A stretch of 64,000 nucleotides of DNA, taken from positions 6,695 through 70,694 of the forward strand of contig CAMDHZ010000013.1 of the NCBI GenBank assembly GCA_945898275.1, given 5' to 3'. The position numbers and the translations under genes were made by a program. The notes below the pieces were generated by a model. The model worked only from the letters and a program-made list of their open reading frames with translations. It ran no database searches and was not told the DNA's origin. Below, in pieces: positions 9,602 to 18,291 of this stretch. The stretch's first letter is position 1. Each line of letters starts with the position of its first letter. Source of the DNA: Chitinophaga pinensis. Lineage in GTDB: Bacteria > Bacteroidota > Bacteroidia > UKL13-3.

Positions 9602-11122
9602 ATGAAATTTATTAAAATAGTATTTACCTTCCTGATTTTATCAAGTTCGGTAATATTAGAAGCACAAACTGTTTCAACAGATTGTGAAACAGCAGCGCCA
9701 CTTGCGCCTAGAAGACCAGAAAATTGCCAAGCTTACGATATCGCCAATTGTTGGGCATTTGGCGCGGTTACCTATACCACTACTAGCGCTCAAAGAATTT
9801 CTGGGGTTATGTCTATGCGTTCTAATTCGCCAACCAGTTTAGACCCTGGTGCATGTTGGGTTAAATCACCTTGGCTTAAGCCTGGTAGTGGTAACATTAC
9901 GTTTAAAATTAAATTTGAAGCAGCAGCTGCAGCAACCATTAGAAGAGTGATTTTATCTTACTGTCCTTATAATGCTAGTAGTGTTACTGCGCATAAAGAA
10001 GGAGCAATGGTATTGTTCGACTCTATTAGCTATACACCGAATCTTCCATTAACTGCACAAAGTTTATCGTTTGCAATGCCTTCAGCAATTGCCAATTCGG
10101 GTCAGCCTTATAAAATTAGAATTTCATTTGTTGGTTCAGGTGGCACAACACGCTACAATATGGACGATTTTGTGATTCCTGGTACTTACTGGGCAGATCC
10201 TTCTAACAGCTGTTTACCTTTACCTCTCATACAAGATGCAGATTCAGATGGTGTAGCAGATAATGACGATGCTTATCCTAATGATGCTACCAGAGCCTAT
10301 AACAATTATTATCCTGCTGCTGGAAAAGGTACTTTAATGTACGAAGATTTATGGCCAGCAATGGGTGATTATGATTTTAATGATTACGTATGTTCTTATC
10401 GCTATAACTTGGTTACCAATGCAAGCAATAAGGTGGTAGAAATGAAATTGAACATTACTTCGAGAGCCATTGGCGCAAGTAATAAGAATGGCTTTGCGTT
10501 TCAATTAGATTACTTAGATCCTTCAAAAATTACTGCTGTAAGTGGCACACAAACTAATAGCGCTGCCTGGGTATCAAATGCTGGAAATGGCACAGAAAAT
10601 GGACAAGACTATGCAAACATTTTGGTTTTTGATGATGCATTTAAAATTTTACCTTCTCCTGGTGGAAGTGGCGTGAACGTAGATTTAAACAATCCATATG
10701 CAACACCTGTAGAAACGAACATTACCGTTTTCTTTAAAACTGCATCTGGAGAAGCTATAACAGTGAACGATATTAGTTTTAATCCTTACATTATCGTTAA
10801 TCAAGATAGAAGTAGAGAAGTACATTTGCCTGATTTTTTACCAAGTAAGAAAGCAAACCAAGAGTTATTTGGGACCGATGATGATGATAGCATGAAAGGT
10901 TTAGGAAAAATGGTTGCTATGAAATTTTATAAAACAAAAAGCAATCTTCCTTGGGCATTATCTTTAGAAGGGGAAGTTCCTTATCCAACAGAAAAAACTG
11001 ATATCTTAGGAGCATATTTACATTTAGCAGAATGGGCAGAAAGCAACGGAACGCTATTTACCGATTGGTATACAAATGGCGAAGGCTATAGAAATAATAC
11101 TAAGTTATATATCAGACCTTAG
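9602..11122 (+). CDS. LruC domain (DUF4842) secreted protein with a TSP3-like Ca-binding repeat
   Basis: DADSDGVADNDDAYPND, YEDLWPAMGDYDFND, REVHLPD, LPWAL, WAESNG...DWY. Confidence 0.85.
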   Translation: MKFIKIVFTFLILSSSVILEAQTVSTDCETAAPLAPRRPENCQAYDIANCWAFGAVTYTTTSAQRISGVMSMRSNSPTSLDPGACWVKSPWLKPGSGNITFKIKFEAAAAATIRRVILSYCPYNASSVTAHKEGAMVLFDSISYTPNLPLTAQSLSFAMPSAIANSGQPYKIRISFVGSGGTTRYNMDDFVIPGTYWADPSNSCLPLPLIQDADSDGVADNDDAYPNDATRAYNNYYPAAGKGTLMYEDLWPAMGDYDFNDYVCSYRYNLVTNASNKVVEMKLNITSRAIGASNKNGFAFQLDYLDPSKITAVSGTQTNSAAWVSNAGNGTENGQDYANILVFDDAFKILPSPGGSGVNVDLNNPYATPVETNITVFFKTASGEAITVNDISFNPYIIVNQDRSREVHLPDFLPSKKANQELFGTDDDDSMKGLGKMVAMKFYKTKSNLPWALSLEGEVPYPTEKTDILGAYLHLAEWAESNGTLFTDWYTNGEGYRNNTKLYIRP

Positions 11123-11150
11123 TTTATAAAATTTGGTTCAAACCGAAACT

Positions 11151-11185
11151 AAAAAGGCTACCCTAAACAGGTAGCCTTTTTTTTT
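11151..11185. terminator. Bidirectional intrinsic terminator
   Basis: AAAAAGGCTACC-ctaaaca-GGTAGCCTTTTT plus T-run, between convergent genes. Confidence 0.88.
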
Positions 11186-11196
11186 GCAAAGTTCTT

Positions 11197-13149
11197 TTAA
11201 GGTTTAACAGTTGTTTCCTTGGTAATCTTTACAGGGCCAATCTGAGTTTCTTCAACTCTTACTTCCTTGCCATTTTTAATTTTGGTGGTAATTTTTTTCG
11301 ACTTTCCTTCCTTTCCTTTTTCTACTTTGATGCTCATTTTATCTCCATCTTTGCTTTCAATTTTGATATCAACATCTTTTAAATCATCTTCTTCTTCACC
11401 AATAGAATCTTCTTGGATAATAATTTCTTCCTCATCATAAATACAATCTTGGCAAACAAGGCCACTATTGGTAATTTTATAATAATGACCATCTGCTTCA
11501 TCCATGTTGTTTTCATTTAAATTCTCCTTAGAAGCATCATCTAAATAAACAATTGTTCCAACAGGTAAAACTAGAATTACATCCACCTCTTGCCAGCTAA
11601 ATTGTTTTGATTTATTGATATTAAAGTAACTTGGAATATGTAGTTTATTTCCTTCAATAATTATGTCATAACTAATCATCTCAATTTTAGATAAGGCATC
11701 TTCCTTATCGCTGCCGTTACCCCTTTTGATAATCTTAATATAAGCGCTGTCATTCTTGCTCGGCTTTATGGTAATGTCATCAATTTCAAAATGCACCACC
11801 TCTTTGCCAATAACGAGGCCTTTATCATAGAAAACCAATTCACCTTCATTTTCTATGGCCACCATTTCATCCTCTTTCATTTCAATGCCATGAATAAATA
11901 AAGTATCACTTTTTGCAAGTCTTGTAATGCTAGATTTATTCTCAGAATGATGAATGGATGTTCCAAAATTTACACCAGCATACACCAAGCACCCTATGCC
12001 TATTAAGAAAAATCCAAGTAAAGAGAAGAACCAAGCATTGTTAGCAAAAGATAGTTTAAACAAACCTTTTATAACCACCATTAACAAGGCAATTAAAGGA
12101 GTGATTAGAATTAAGAAAACACCTGCTTTTGCTGTGAAAATGATAGTAGGATTATTAATGGTAAAGTTAATCAGTTCGTTGAGTTGAGCCGTGTTTCCTA
12201 GGTTAAAAAATACCGAAACCATGGCAATACTTAAAGCAATAACTAAGATGAAAAGTATCAAGGCAGCAAAAGAACCCACCAACTTAATGATTCCTTTGAG
12301 TATAATACCTATTAAATGTGTGCAATGTTGCGCAATGCTATTTGTCCTTGTTCCGGTGTTGTTTTCTAATACTTGTTGTTGAATGCTGTGTATGTCTACA
12401 GCCCTTCCTTTCATCATCAATTTATCTGAGGCGCTAATGGCTTTCGGAACGATAATCCAAAGTATGATGTATAACCAAAAGCCAGTACCAAAAACAAATA
12501 AGGCGATTACAAACGCAATTCTTATCCAAGTAACTTCAATAGCAAAATAATTTGCGAGTCCAGAAGATACACCACCTACTACTCTAGAATCATTGTCTCT
12601 AAAGAGCTTTTTAGATTTCTTTTCTTTTTGCATGCGCATGGCAAATGCATCTTCTCCTTTGGCCAATGGAACGGCAATCCATAAAATCACGTACAATAAG
12701 ATTCCTCCTCCAAAAGCCACTAATAGAACCACAAAAAGTACACGAATCAAAACTGGGTCAACATCAAAAAAGTTTGCAAGTCCAGAACATACGCCACCCA
12801 AAGATTGGTCATAAGGGTCTCTTCTCAATTTCTTTTCATGGGTTGAACCTATCGAAGCTGATGGATTTTCGGCTTGTGCTGTTTTGGTTGCACCATGTTC
12901 ATCCATTTGGTTTACATTACCCAAAGTAGTAATAACAGCGGCTATATCTTCGGTAAATAGGGTTGTTCGGTTTGAACCTAATCTGTCGTTAAGCAATTCA
13001 GACATGCGAGATTCAATGTCTTGTACCACATCAGAATTGCTTGCAAAATGCCTTCGCAAACTTTCTATGTACGACTTTAACTTTTCATAAGCTTGCTCTT
13101 CAATGGTGAATACAGAACCCGCCAAGTGAATTTGAAATACTTTATCCAT
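11197..13149 (-). CDS. PspC domain-containing membrane protein (two PspC domains)
   Basis: LRRDPYDQSLGGVCSGLA and LFRDNDSRVVGGVSSGLA repeats, N-terminal IESRMSELL, TM block, C-terminal periplasmic region. Confidence 0.88.
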   Translation of the reverse strand: MDKVFQIHLAGSVFTIEEQAYEKLKSYIESLRRHFASNSDVVQDIESRMSELLNDRLGSNRTTLFTEDIAAVITTLGNVNQMDEHGATKTAQAENPSASIGSTHEKKLRRDPYDQSLGGVCSGLANFFDVDPVLIRVLFVVLLVAFGGGILLYVILWIAVPLAKGEDAFAMRMQKEKKSKKLFRDNDSRVVGGVSSGLANYFAIEVTWIRIAFVIALFVFGTGFWLYIILWIIVPKAISASDKLMMKGRAVDIHSIQQQVLENNTGTRTNSIAQHCTHLIGIILKGIIKLVGSFAALILFILVIALSIAMVSVFFNLGNTAQLNELINFTINNPTIIFTAKAGVFLILITPLIALLMVVIKGLFKLSFANNAWFFSLLGFFLIGIGCLVYAGVNFGTSIHHSENKSSITRLAKSDTLFIHGIEMKEDEMVAIENEGELVFYDKGLVIGKEVVHFEIDDITIKPSKNDSAYIKIIKRGNGSDKEDALSKIEMISYDIIIEGNKLHIPSYFNINKSKQFSWQEVDVILVLPVGTIVYLDDASKENLNENNMDEADGHYYKITNSGLVCQDCIYDEEEIIIQEDSIGEEEDDLKDVDIKIESKDGDKMSIKVEKGKEGKSKKITTKIKNGKEVRVEETQIGPVKITKETTVKP

Positions 13150-13151
13150 AA

Positions 13152-13493
13152 TTAAATTTGATTATTTGTTTTTTGAGTTAATTCATTTACCGCCTTTACA
13201 AGGTCTTGCCATGTCAATCCCAATTCATTCATAAAGGTAATTCCTTGTTGTGTGAGTTGATAATATTTTCTGGGAGGCCCGCTTTTACTTTCCACCCAAT
13301 TGTAGCTAAGCAATCCTTCATTTTTTAATCGACTAAGAAGTGGGTATATAGTTCCTTCCACCACCAATAAGCTACTCGATTTCATTTCTTCTAATATATC
13401 TGAAGCGTAAACTTCACCTCGACTGATAATCGAAAGGATGCAATATTCCAAAATGCCTTTCTTCATTTGTGCTTTACTATTCTCAATATCCAT
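13152..13493 (-). CDS. PadR family transcriptional regulator
   Basis: QMKKGILEYCIL, VVEGTIYPLLSRLK, SGPPRKYY; start moved to MDIEN. Confidence 0.93.
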   Translation of the reverse strand: MDIENSKAQMKKGILEYCILSIISRGEVYASDILEEMKSSSLLVVEGTIYPLLSRLKNEGLLSYNWVESKSGPPRKYYQLTQQGITFMNELGLTWQDLVKAVNELTQKTNNQI

Positions 13494-13525
13494 GTTCTTA
13501 CTATTACAAGGTTCAAAATATGGCA

Positions 13526-13564
13526 CAAATCTAAAAATTTATAAGTACTATGCAATACATAGTA
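13526..13564 (-). promoter_or_regulatory. Bacteroidota sigma70 promoter with overlapping inverted-repeat operator
   Basis: Minus strand TTG (13553-13555), 19-bp spacer, TAGATTTG (13526-13533); palindrome TACTATG-N5-CATAGTA at 13546-13564. Confidence 0.65.
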
Positions 13565-13614
13565 GATATTTATGATTTTAAATCTCTGAAAATGAGTGCA
13601 AAAAAATAGTTTTC

Positions 13615-14394
13615 TCAAATTGGCTTGCCTTCTAACTTCAACTTAGAAGGTAGCGTATCAAAATGTTCTTTAAACTTTTTGGTAAAGTAATTATGATTTT
13701 TAAAGCCGCATGCCGCAATTACTTCTGTTACATTAAGGGCTTTATTGTCTAAAATTTCTTTGGCTTTATTCAGGCGTGTTTCTAAAATGAACTGAAAGAT
13801 GGATTTACCTAAAATCCTTTTAACATGTTTTTGAATGCTCGAGGTGCTCATAGGAAATGCATTTCCTAAATCTTTTAACGAAAGCGATTCGTTACTGATA
13901 TTTTTATCAATAAATACCTTTAGTTCTGTTATAAATTTCTGGTCGCGCGAGGTATACGTTTCCTCTGTTTGGCTTTTATTTAAATACGATTGAATGACTT
14001 TCTTTCTATTGTCAATATTATTTCGGCATTTCAAAATAATTTCTTGAGCAACAAATGGTTTGGTTATAAAGTCATCAGCCATTAAATCAAGGGCCATTAA
14101 CTTATCTTCCAATGCAGTTTTAGCGGTTAAGAAAATAAATGGAATATGGGTGTAATTTTTATTTGATTTTATATTTTTTAACAATTCAATTCCATCCATT
14201 ACAGGCATAGAAATATCAGATATGATTAGTGCAACTCTTTTCGATTTGATTAGCTTTAGTGCATCCAAACCATTGCTGGCGCTGTATACTTGAAATCCTT
14301 CAATTTCTAGTATTGAACAGAGATTTTCACTTAGAATTAAATCATCTTCAACTACTAAGATTTTATCCATCATATACTGGTTTTTCTTTGTCAT
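13615..14394 (-). CDS. Response regulator, receiver plus AraC HTH
   Basis: ILVVEDD, ISDISMPVMDG, FLTAK, DDFITKPF; C-terminal RLNKAKEIL...GFKNHNYFTKKFKEHF. Confidence 0.92.
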   Translation of the reverse strand: MTKKNQYMMDKILVVEDDLILSENLCSILEIEGFQVYSASNGLDALKLIKSKRVALIISDISMPVMDGIELLKNIKSNKNYTHIPFIFLTAKTALEDKLMALDLMADDFITKPFVAQEIILKCRNNIDNRKKVIQSYLNKSQTEETYTSRDQKFITELKVFIDKNISNESLSLKDLGNAFPMSTSSIQKHVKRILGKSIFQFILETRLNKAKEILDNKALNVTEVIAACGFKNHNYFTKKFKEHFDTLPSKLKLEGKPI

Positions 14395-14401
14395 TTGCCT
14401 A

Positions 14402-15487
14402 TTAACTAATTTCCTTTATTCGAATGCTGTAGTTGATGATGTTTTTTTCAACTTTAAGACTAAGTTCGGCATTTAAATGTTGAATTATCTCCTTTATTAA
14501 AAAAATACCTAGGCCTAGTCCTTGATTACTAGTTTCGCTTGAATTACTACTAAAGAATGGATTAACGTTTTCAAAGTCTTTTTCAGAGAATCCATAAGAA
14601 ACATATTTTAGATCTAAAACTAAAAATTGGTTTACTTGATTAATGGTCCAAACTACTGCTGTGCCTGGTTTGCTAAACTTAAATGCATTATCTGAAAGTT
14701 CCTCAATTAATTTCTGAAGTAGGTAAGTGTCGAAGTTAAAGGATAGTAAGGAAATGTTAATTACTAAGTCTTCTTCTCTTAAGTACAGTTTATTTGATTT
14801 TCTTATAGCTTTTCTGATATCGATTTCAGTGAGTTTTTCTACTTGAATCTTTATTTTTTCTTTTAGCCAATTATTATAAAACAAATAGTTATTAATAGAA
14901 CGTTGCAGTTTTAACCCACTTTGTTCAATCACTTGTATAACGGTTTGAATGGTTAAATCTTCCTTTGCTGCAAGGTTGAATTTTAGGAAATGCGCACCCG
15001 CTGCAATGTTATTCAGGTTATTGTTAAAAGTATCAAAACTGGCAAGTATTGGTGGTTCGGATGATATTTTTTTAGCGTTATTAATTGCCTTATAGATTCT
15101 TTCTTGTTTTATTAGTTTGTTATAGATTACTTCTTGAAATTCTGCCAAGTCAAAAGGTTTAGTAATGTAATCATCAGCGCCTAAATTCATTCCTGTTCTA
15201 AGGTCTTCTGGATTATTCTTGGCGGTTAAAAATATAAAAAGACTTGTATGCAAGGGATGCATTAGGTTAATGTATTGCAAGAAATCAAAGCCATTCATTT
15301 CTGGCATCATGATGTCGCATAAAATCAAATGTGGATTATATTTTTCAAAAACCTCGCTGGCTTCTTTACCGTTAACCGTTGCTAAAACATCATGGTCTAG
15401 CATTTGAATAACCTCTTTTAAATTCTCTCGAATTGTTTGGTCGTCTTCTACTATTAAAATTCTCTTTTGCTCTATGCTTACTGACAT
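14402..15487 (-). CDS. Receiver domain fused to a degenerate HisKA/HATPase
   Basis: Receiver (LCDIMMPEMNG, ITKPF); N-box DNAFKFS and GLGLG retained; H-box His not visible. Confidence 0.8.
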   Translation of the reverse strand: MSVSIEQKRILIVEDDQTIRENLKEVIQMLDHDVLATVNGKEASEVFEKYNPHLILCDIMMPEMNGFDFLQYINLMHPLHTSLFIFLTAKNNPEDLRTGMNLGADDYITKPFDLAEFQEVIYNKLIKQERIYKAINNAKKISSEPPILASFDTFNNNLNNIAAGAHFLKFNLAAKEDLTIQTVIQVIEQSGLKLQRSINNYLFYNNWLKEKIKIQVEKLTEIDIRKAIRKSNKLYLREEDLVINISLLSFNFDTYLLQKLIEELSDNAFKFSKPGTAVVWTINQVNQFLVLDLKYVSYGFSEKDFENVNPFFSSNSSETSNQGLGLGIFLIKEIIQHLNAELSLKVEKNIINYSIRIKEIS

Positions 15488-18162
15488 ATTGGTATATAAA
15501 TAGTAATGTTGGTTCCTTTTCCTAATTTGCTTGAAATGTTTATTTTGCCTTCATGGAGTTCTGTAAAATATTTGGCTATGGATAGTCCTAATCCTGTTCC
15601 GGGTATATTTTCTACATTTGAACTTCTAAAAAAACTGGTAAAAATATTGTCTAATTCCCCCTCAGGTATTCCAATACCTTTGTCGCTTACTTCTATTTTA
15701 AAATAGTTTTCTATATTGTCAATTTGAATCTTAATTTCTGAAGCAGGATCAGAGTATTTAGCAGCATTCCCAATGATGTTATTAAGTAAATGTGAGATCA
15801 TAATAGCATCAAAATTTACAAGTGGTTGTTTTACATTATCTATAAAATTTAAAGTATGATTGCCTAACACTCTGCTTGCTTCTGAGTTTAAATATCGTAC
15901 GATATAGTCCCTTAAATTATTAGCAGTAGGATTAAACTTAACGCGTGAAGAATCAATTTGTCCGATAGTGAGCACATCTGTTATAAGCGAAGTAATGCGT
16001 TCTACATCATGCACTATGTGTTGAATCTTATTTTTGAATGCAATTGATAAGGTTTCATCTATTGGTGTTTTACTTTTGTTTAAACGCATTTCAATGATTT
16101 CGGCACTGCTACGAATACCTGCTAAAGGCGTTCTTAGTTCATGTGAAACCATATTCACAAACCTGCTTTTTAATTCGTTTAGTTCTTTTTCATTGGATAA
16201 AGCTTTCAATAATTCTAGTTCAGCATTTTTTCTTAAGGTAATGTCTTCAAATGAACCCCTTGTGCCAATTAAATTCCCAGCTTTGTCACTTTTAATGCTA
16301 ATTGCAATGTCTAACCAAATGGGTTGTCCTTGCTCGTTTTTTATAATCGCCTCAAATTGGATATTCCTGTTTAACTCGCCTTCTAATTGCGCTTGCATGA
16401 AATTTTTAATTTTCAACTGAATGTCTGGTTCAAACAATTGAGGTAAGAATGAACCAATAAAGGCATCAGTTGAATGTCCAGTTACTAATTTCCACGCTGC
16501 ATTTAAAAAACTTAAATGTAATTCGGCATCTGTTTCAAATATTACTTCTCTTAAGTTCTCTACTAGTTCCTTATACTTTCTTTCGCTTTTTCTGATTTTA
16601 TGCTCCGCTTCTTTTATTTCATTAGTGTCCAAAATGAAACCAATGATTTGTTGGGAATTTCCATTTTCGTCAAAATTTATGGCCCTTGCATTCATCATAA
16701 TCCATCTATAATCTCTTTCGCCGTTTAATATTCGGTATTCTATGGATTGATATGGATCTAAATTATTTGGACTCCTGCGTCTGAGTTTTAAAAATGCTTT
16801 CTTAACTTGTATTTTATCTTCAGGATGAACGTTTTTTAAAAAACGCTCAAATGGGAATTCATCTTCCTTGGTTAACCTATTATAAAAGGAATTGAAAAAG
16901 TAGTTGTTTCCGTCAATCTTTTTGGTGGCCAAATTCCAACTCCACATCCCTAATTGATTGCCTTCAATTGCCAATTCTAATTTATGATTGATTTCCTTTA
17001 ACATTAAATAGTTTTGTTTAATGGCAGAAATATCCTGTGTAGCACATATTAATGAATTGTCTTCCATCATGCGCAAGGTTAGATCCTGGTAAATCAATTC
17101 TCCATTTTTTTTCATACCTACCGTTTCGCCACGCCAAATTCTATCTCTCATTAGCAATGGGAAAATATTCAGTTTAATTCGGTCTTCTTCTTCTTGGCTG
17201 TATAAGGTTTCCCAATTTTTCCCAATTAATTCTCCTTCTTCATAATCAAAAAATACCTCATGCGCTCTATTCATAAATACATACTTTCCGCTTGGGTCAA
17301 GTAAAGCAATGCCATCTGGAGCATTGGTAATAGCTTCCTTTTGAAGGGCAATTAAATGTTCTTGCTCTTTAAGTTTGGTTATGTTTACGCTATATCCAAT
17401 GGTATATAAAAGGTTTTCGCTTTCATCTATTACAGGATGCAACATCCTCAAATGAGAGATAAAGGTCCCATCAGGTTTCTCAAAGGTTTCTTCAAATGAA
17501 TAGGGTTGCTTGTTTATTTTGATTTGCGATAATAAATTATGTCTATTTATTGCGATAGTATTCTCTCGATTTGTTTTTATACAATAATCAAAATCATCTT
17601 TTCCTACCATCCAGTTCCTAAGTTCTTCAGATTTAATGGCATGTTTACTTAGGTAAACATATTTAAAGTCATTGTTTAATACAACAACCTCAGTTGGATT
17701 GTTTGATATAATGGCCTCAAAAAAGTTTCTTTCCTCTATTACCTTTTCTAAGGCAACAGCCTTTTCATTTATGTTTTCCCAAATCCAAATTTGCTGACCT
17801 AGCATAAAAGCAAATTTTTGCAAAGCTTGATAACATGAGGGTTCAATTAAATGGGCCACTTGTTGTCCCTTAAGAACGATAAAGCCGTTTACTTTTCCAG
17901 TTTTTATGTTGGGAAATAGCAGGGTTTGTAATTGACTTTTCGGGTCGAAATAGTAAAACTCGTTTTTTGAATTTCTCTCTAGAAAGTCGCTAAAAATAAT
18001 ATGTGTTGAACCAATGGTATCGATACTATCTACTCCAAGGTTCTTGCCTAATTGTTCTAATACATCTTCTAAGGATTGTCCATTCTCAAAAGTCTCACAA
18101 ATACTTGTAATAGCGTTTAATAAAAGCGTGTTTAGGGTTTCTGAATTGGAAATTGTTTCCAT
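15478..18162 (-). CDS. Multi-PAS sensor histidine kinase
   Basis: Several PAS/PAC repeats; VSHELRTPLAGI, NIIGNAAKYS, DKGIGIP, GTGLGLSI. Confidence 0.93.
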   Translation of the reverse strand: METISNSETLNTLLLNAITSICETFENGQSLEDVLEQLGKNLGVDSIDTIGSTHIIFSDFLERNSKNEFYYFDPKSQLQTLLFPNIKTGKVNGFIVLKGQQVAHLIEPSCYQALQKFAFMLGQQIWIWENINEKAVALEKVIEERNFFEAIISNNPTEVVVLNNDFKYVYLSKHAIKSEELRNWMVGKDDFDYCIKTNRENTIAINRHNLLSQIKINKQPYSFEETFEKPDGTFISHLRMLHPVIDESENLLYTIGYSVNITKLKEQEHLIALQKEAITNAPDGIALLDPSGKYVFMNRAHEVFFDYEEGELIGKNWETLYSQEEEDRIKLNIFPLLMRDRIWRGETVGMKKNGELIYQDLTLRMMEDNSLICATQDISAIKQNYLMLKEINHKLELAIEGNQLGMWSWNLATKKIDGNNYFFNSFYNRLTKEDEFPFERFLKNVHPEDKIQVKKAFLKLRRRSPNNLDPYQSIEYRILNGERDYRWIMMNARAINFDENGNSQQIIGFILDTNEIKEAEHKIRKSERKYKELVENLREVIFETDAELHLSFLNAAWKLVTGHSTDAFIGSFLPQLFEPDIQLKIKNFMQAQLEGELNRNIQFEAIIKNEQGQPIWLDIAISIKSDKAGNLIGTRGSFEDITLRKNAELELLKALSNEKELNELKSRFVNMVSHELRTPLAGIRSSAEIIEMRLNKSKTPIDETLSIAFKNKIQHIVHDVERITSLITDVLTIGQIDSSRVKFNPTANNLRDYIVRYLNSEASRVLGNHTLNFIDNVKQPLVNFDAIMISHLLNNIIGNAAKYSDPASEIKIQIDNIENYFKIEVSDKGIGIPEGELDNIFTSFFRSSNVENIPGTGLGLSIAKYFTELHEGKINISSKLGKGTNITIYIPICQ

Positions 18163-18291
18163 AGGCTAATTATTCTATGGCAATTTATATTTCCATTTCT
18201 CTAAAAAAAATTATGGACTTCAAAAACCATTTTTTTCCTTTTTTTATTGAATAAAATCCACCCAAAAATTAAATATCTTCGGGTAAATCAG

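Noticed and set aside
11135-11144. GGTTCAAACC as a tRNA T-loop (GGTTCRAATCC-like) or tRNA-derived att site
   Set aside because: No cloverleaf, acceptor stem or CCA around any copy, and most copies are inside ORFs.
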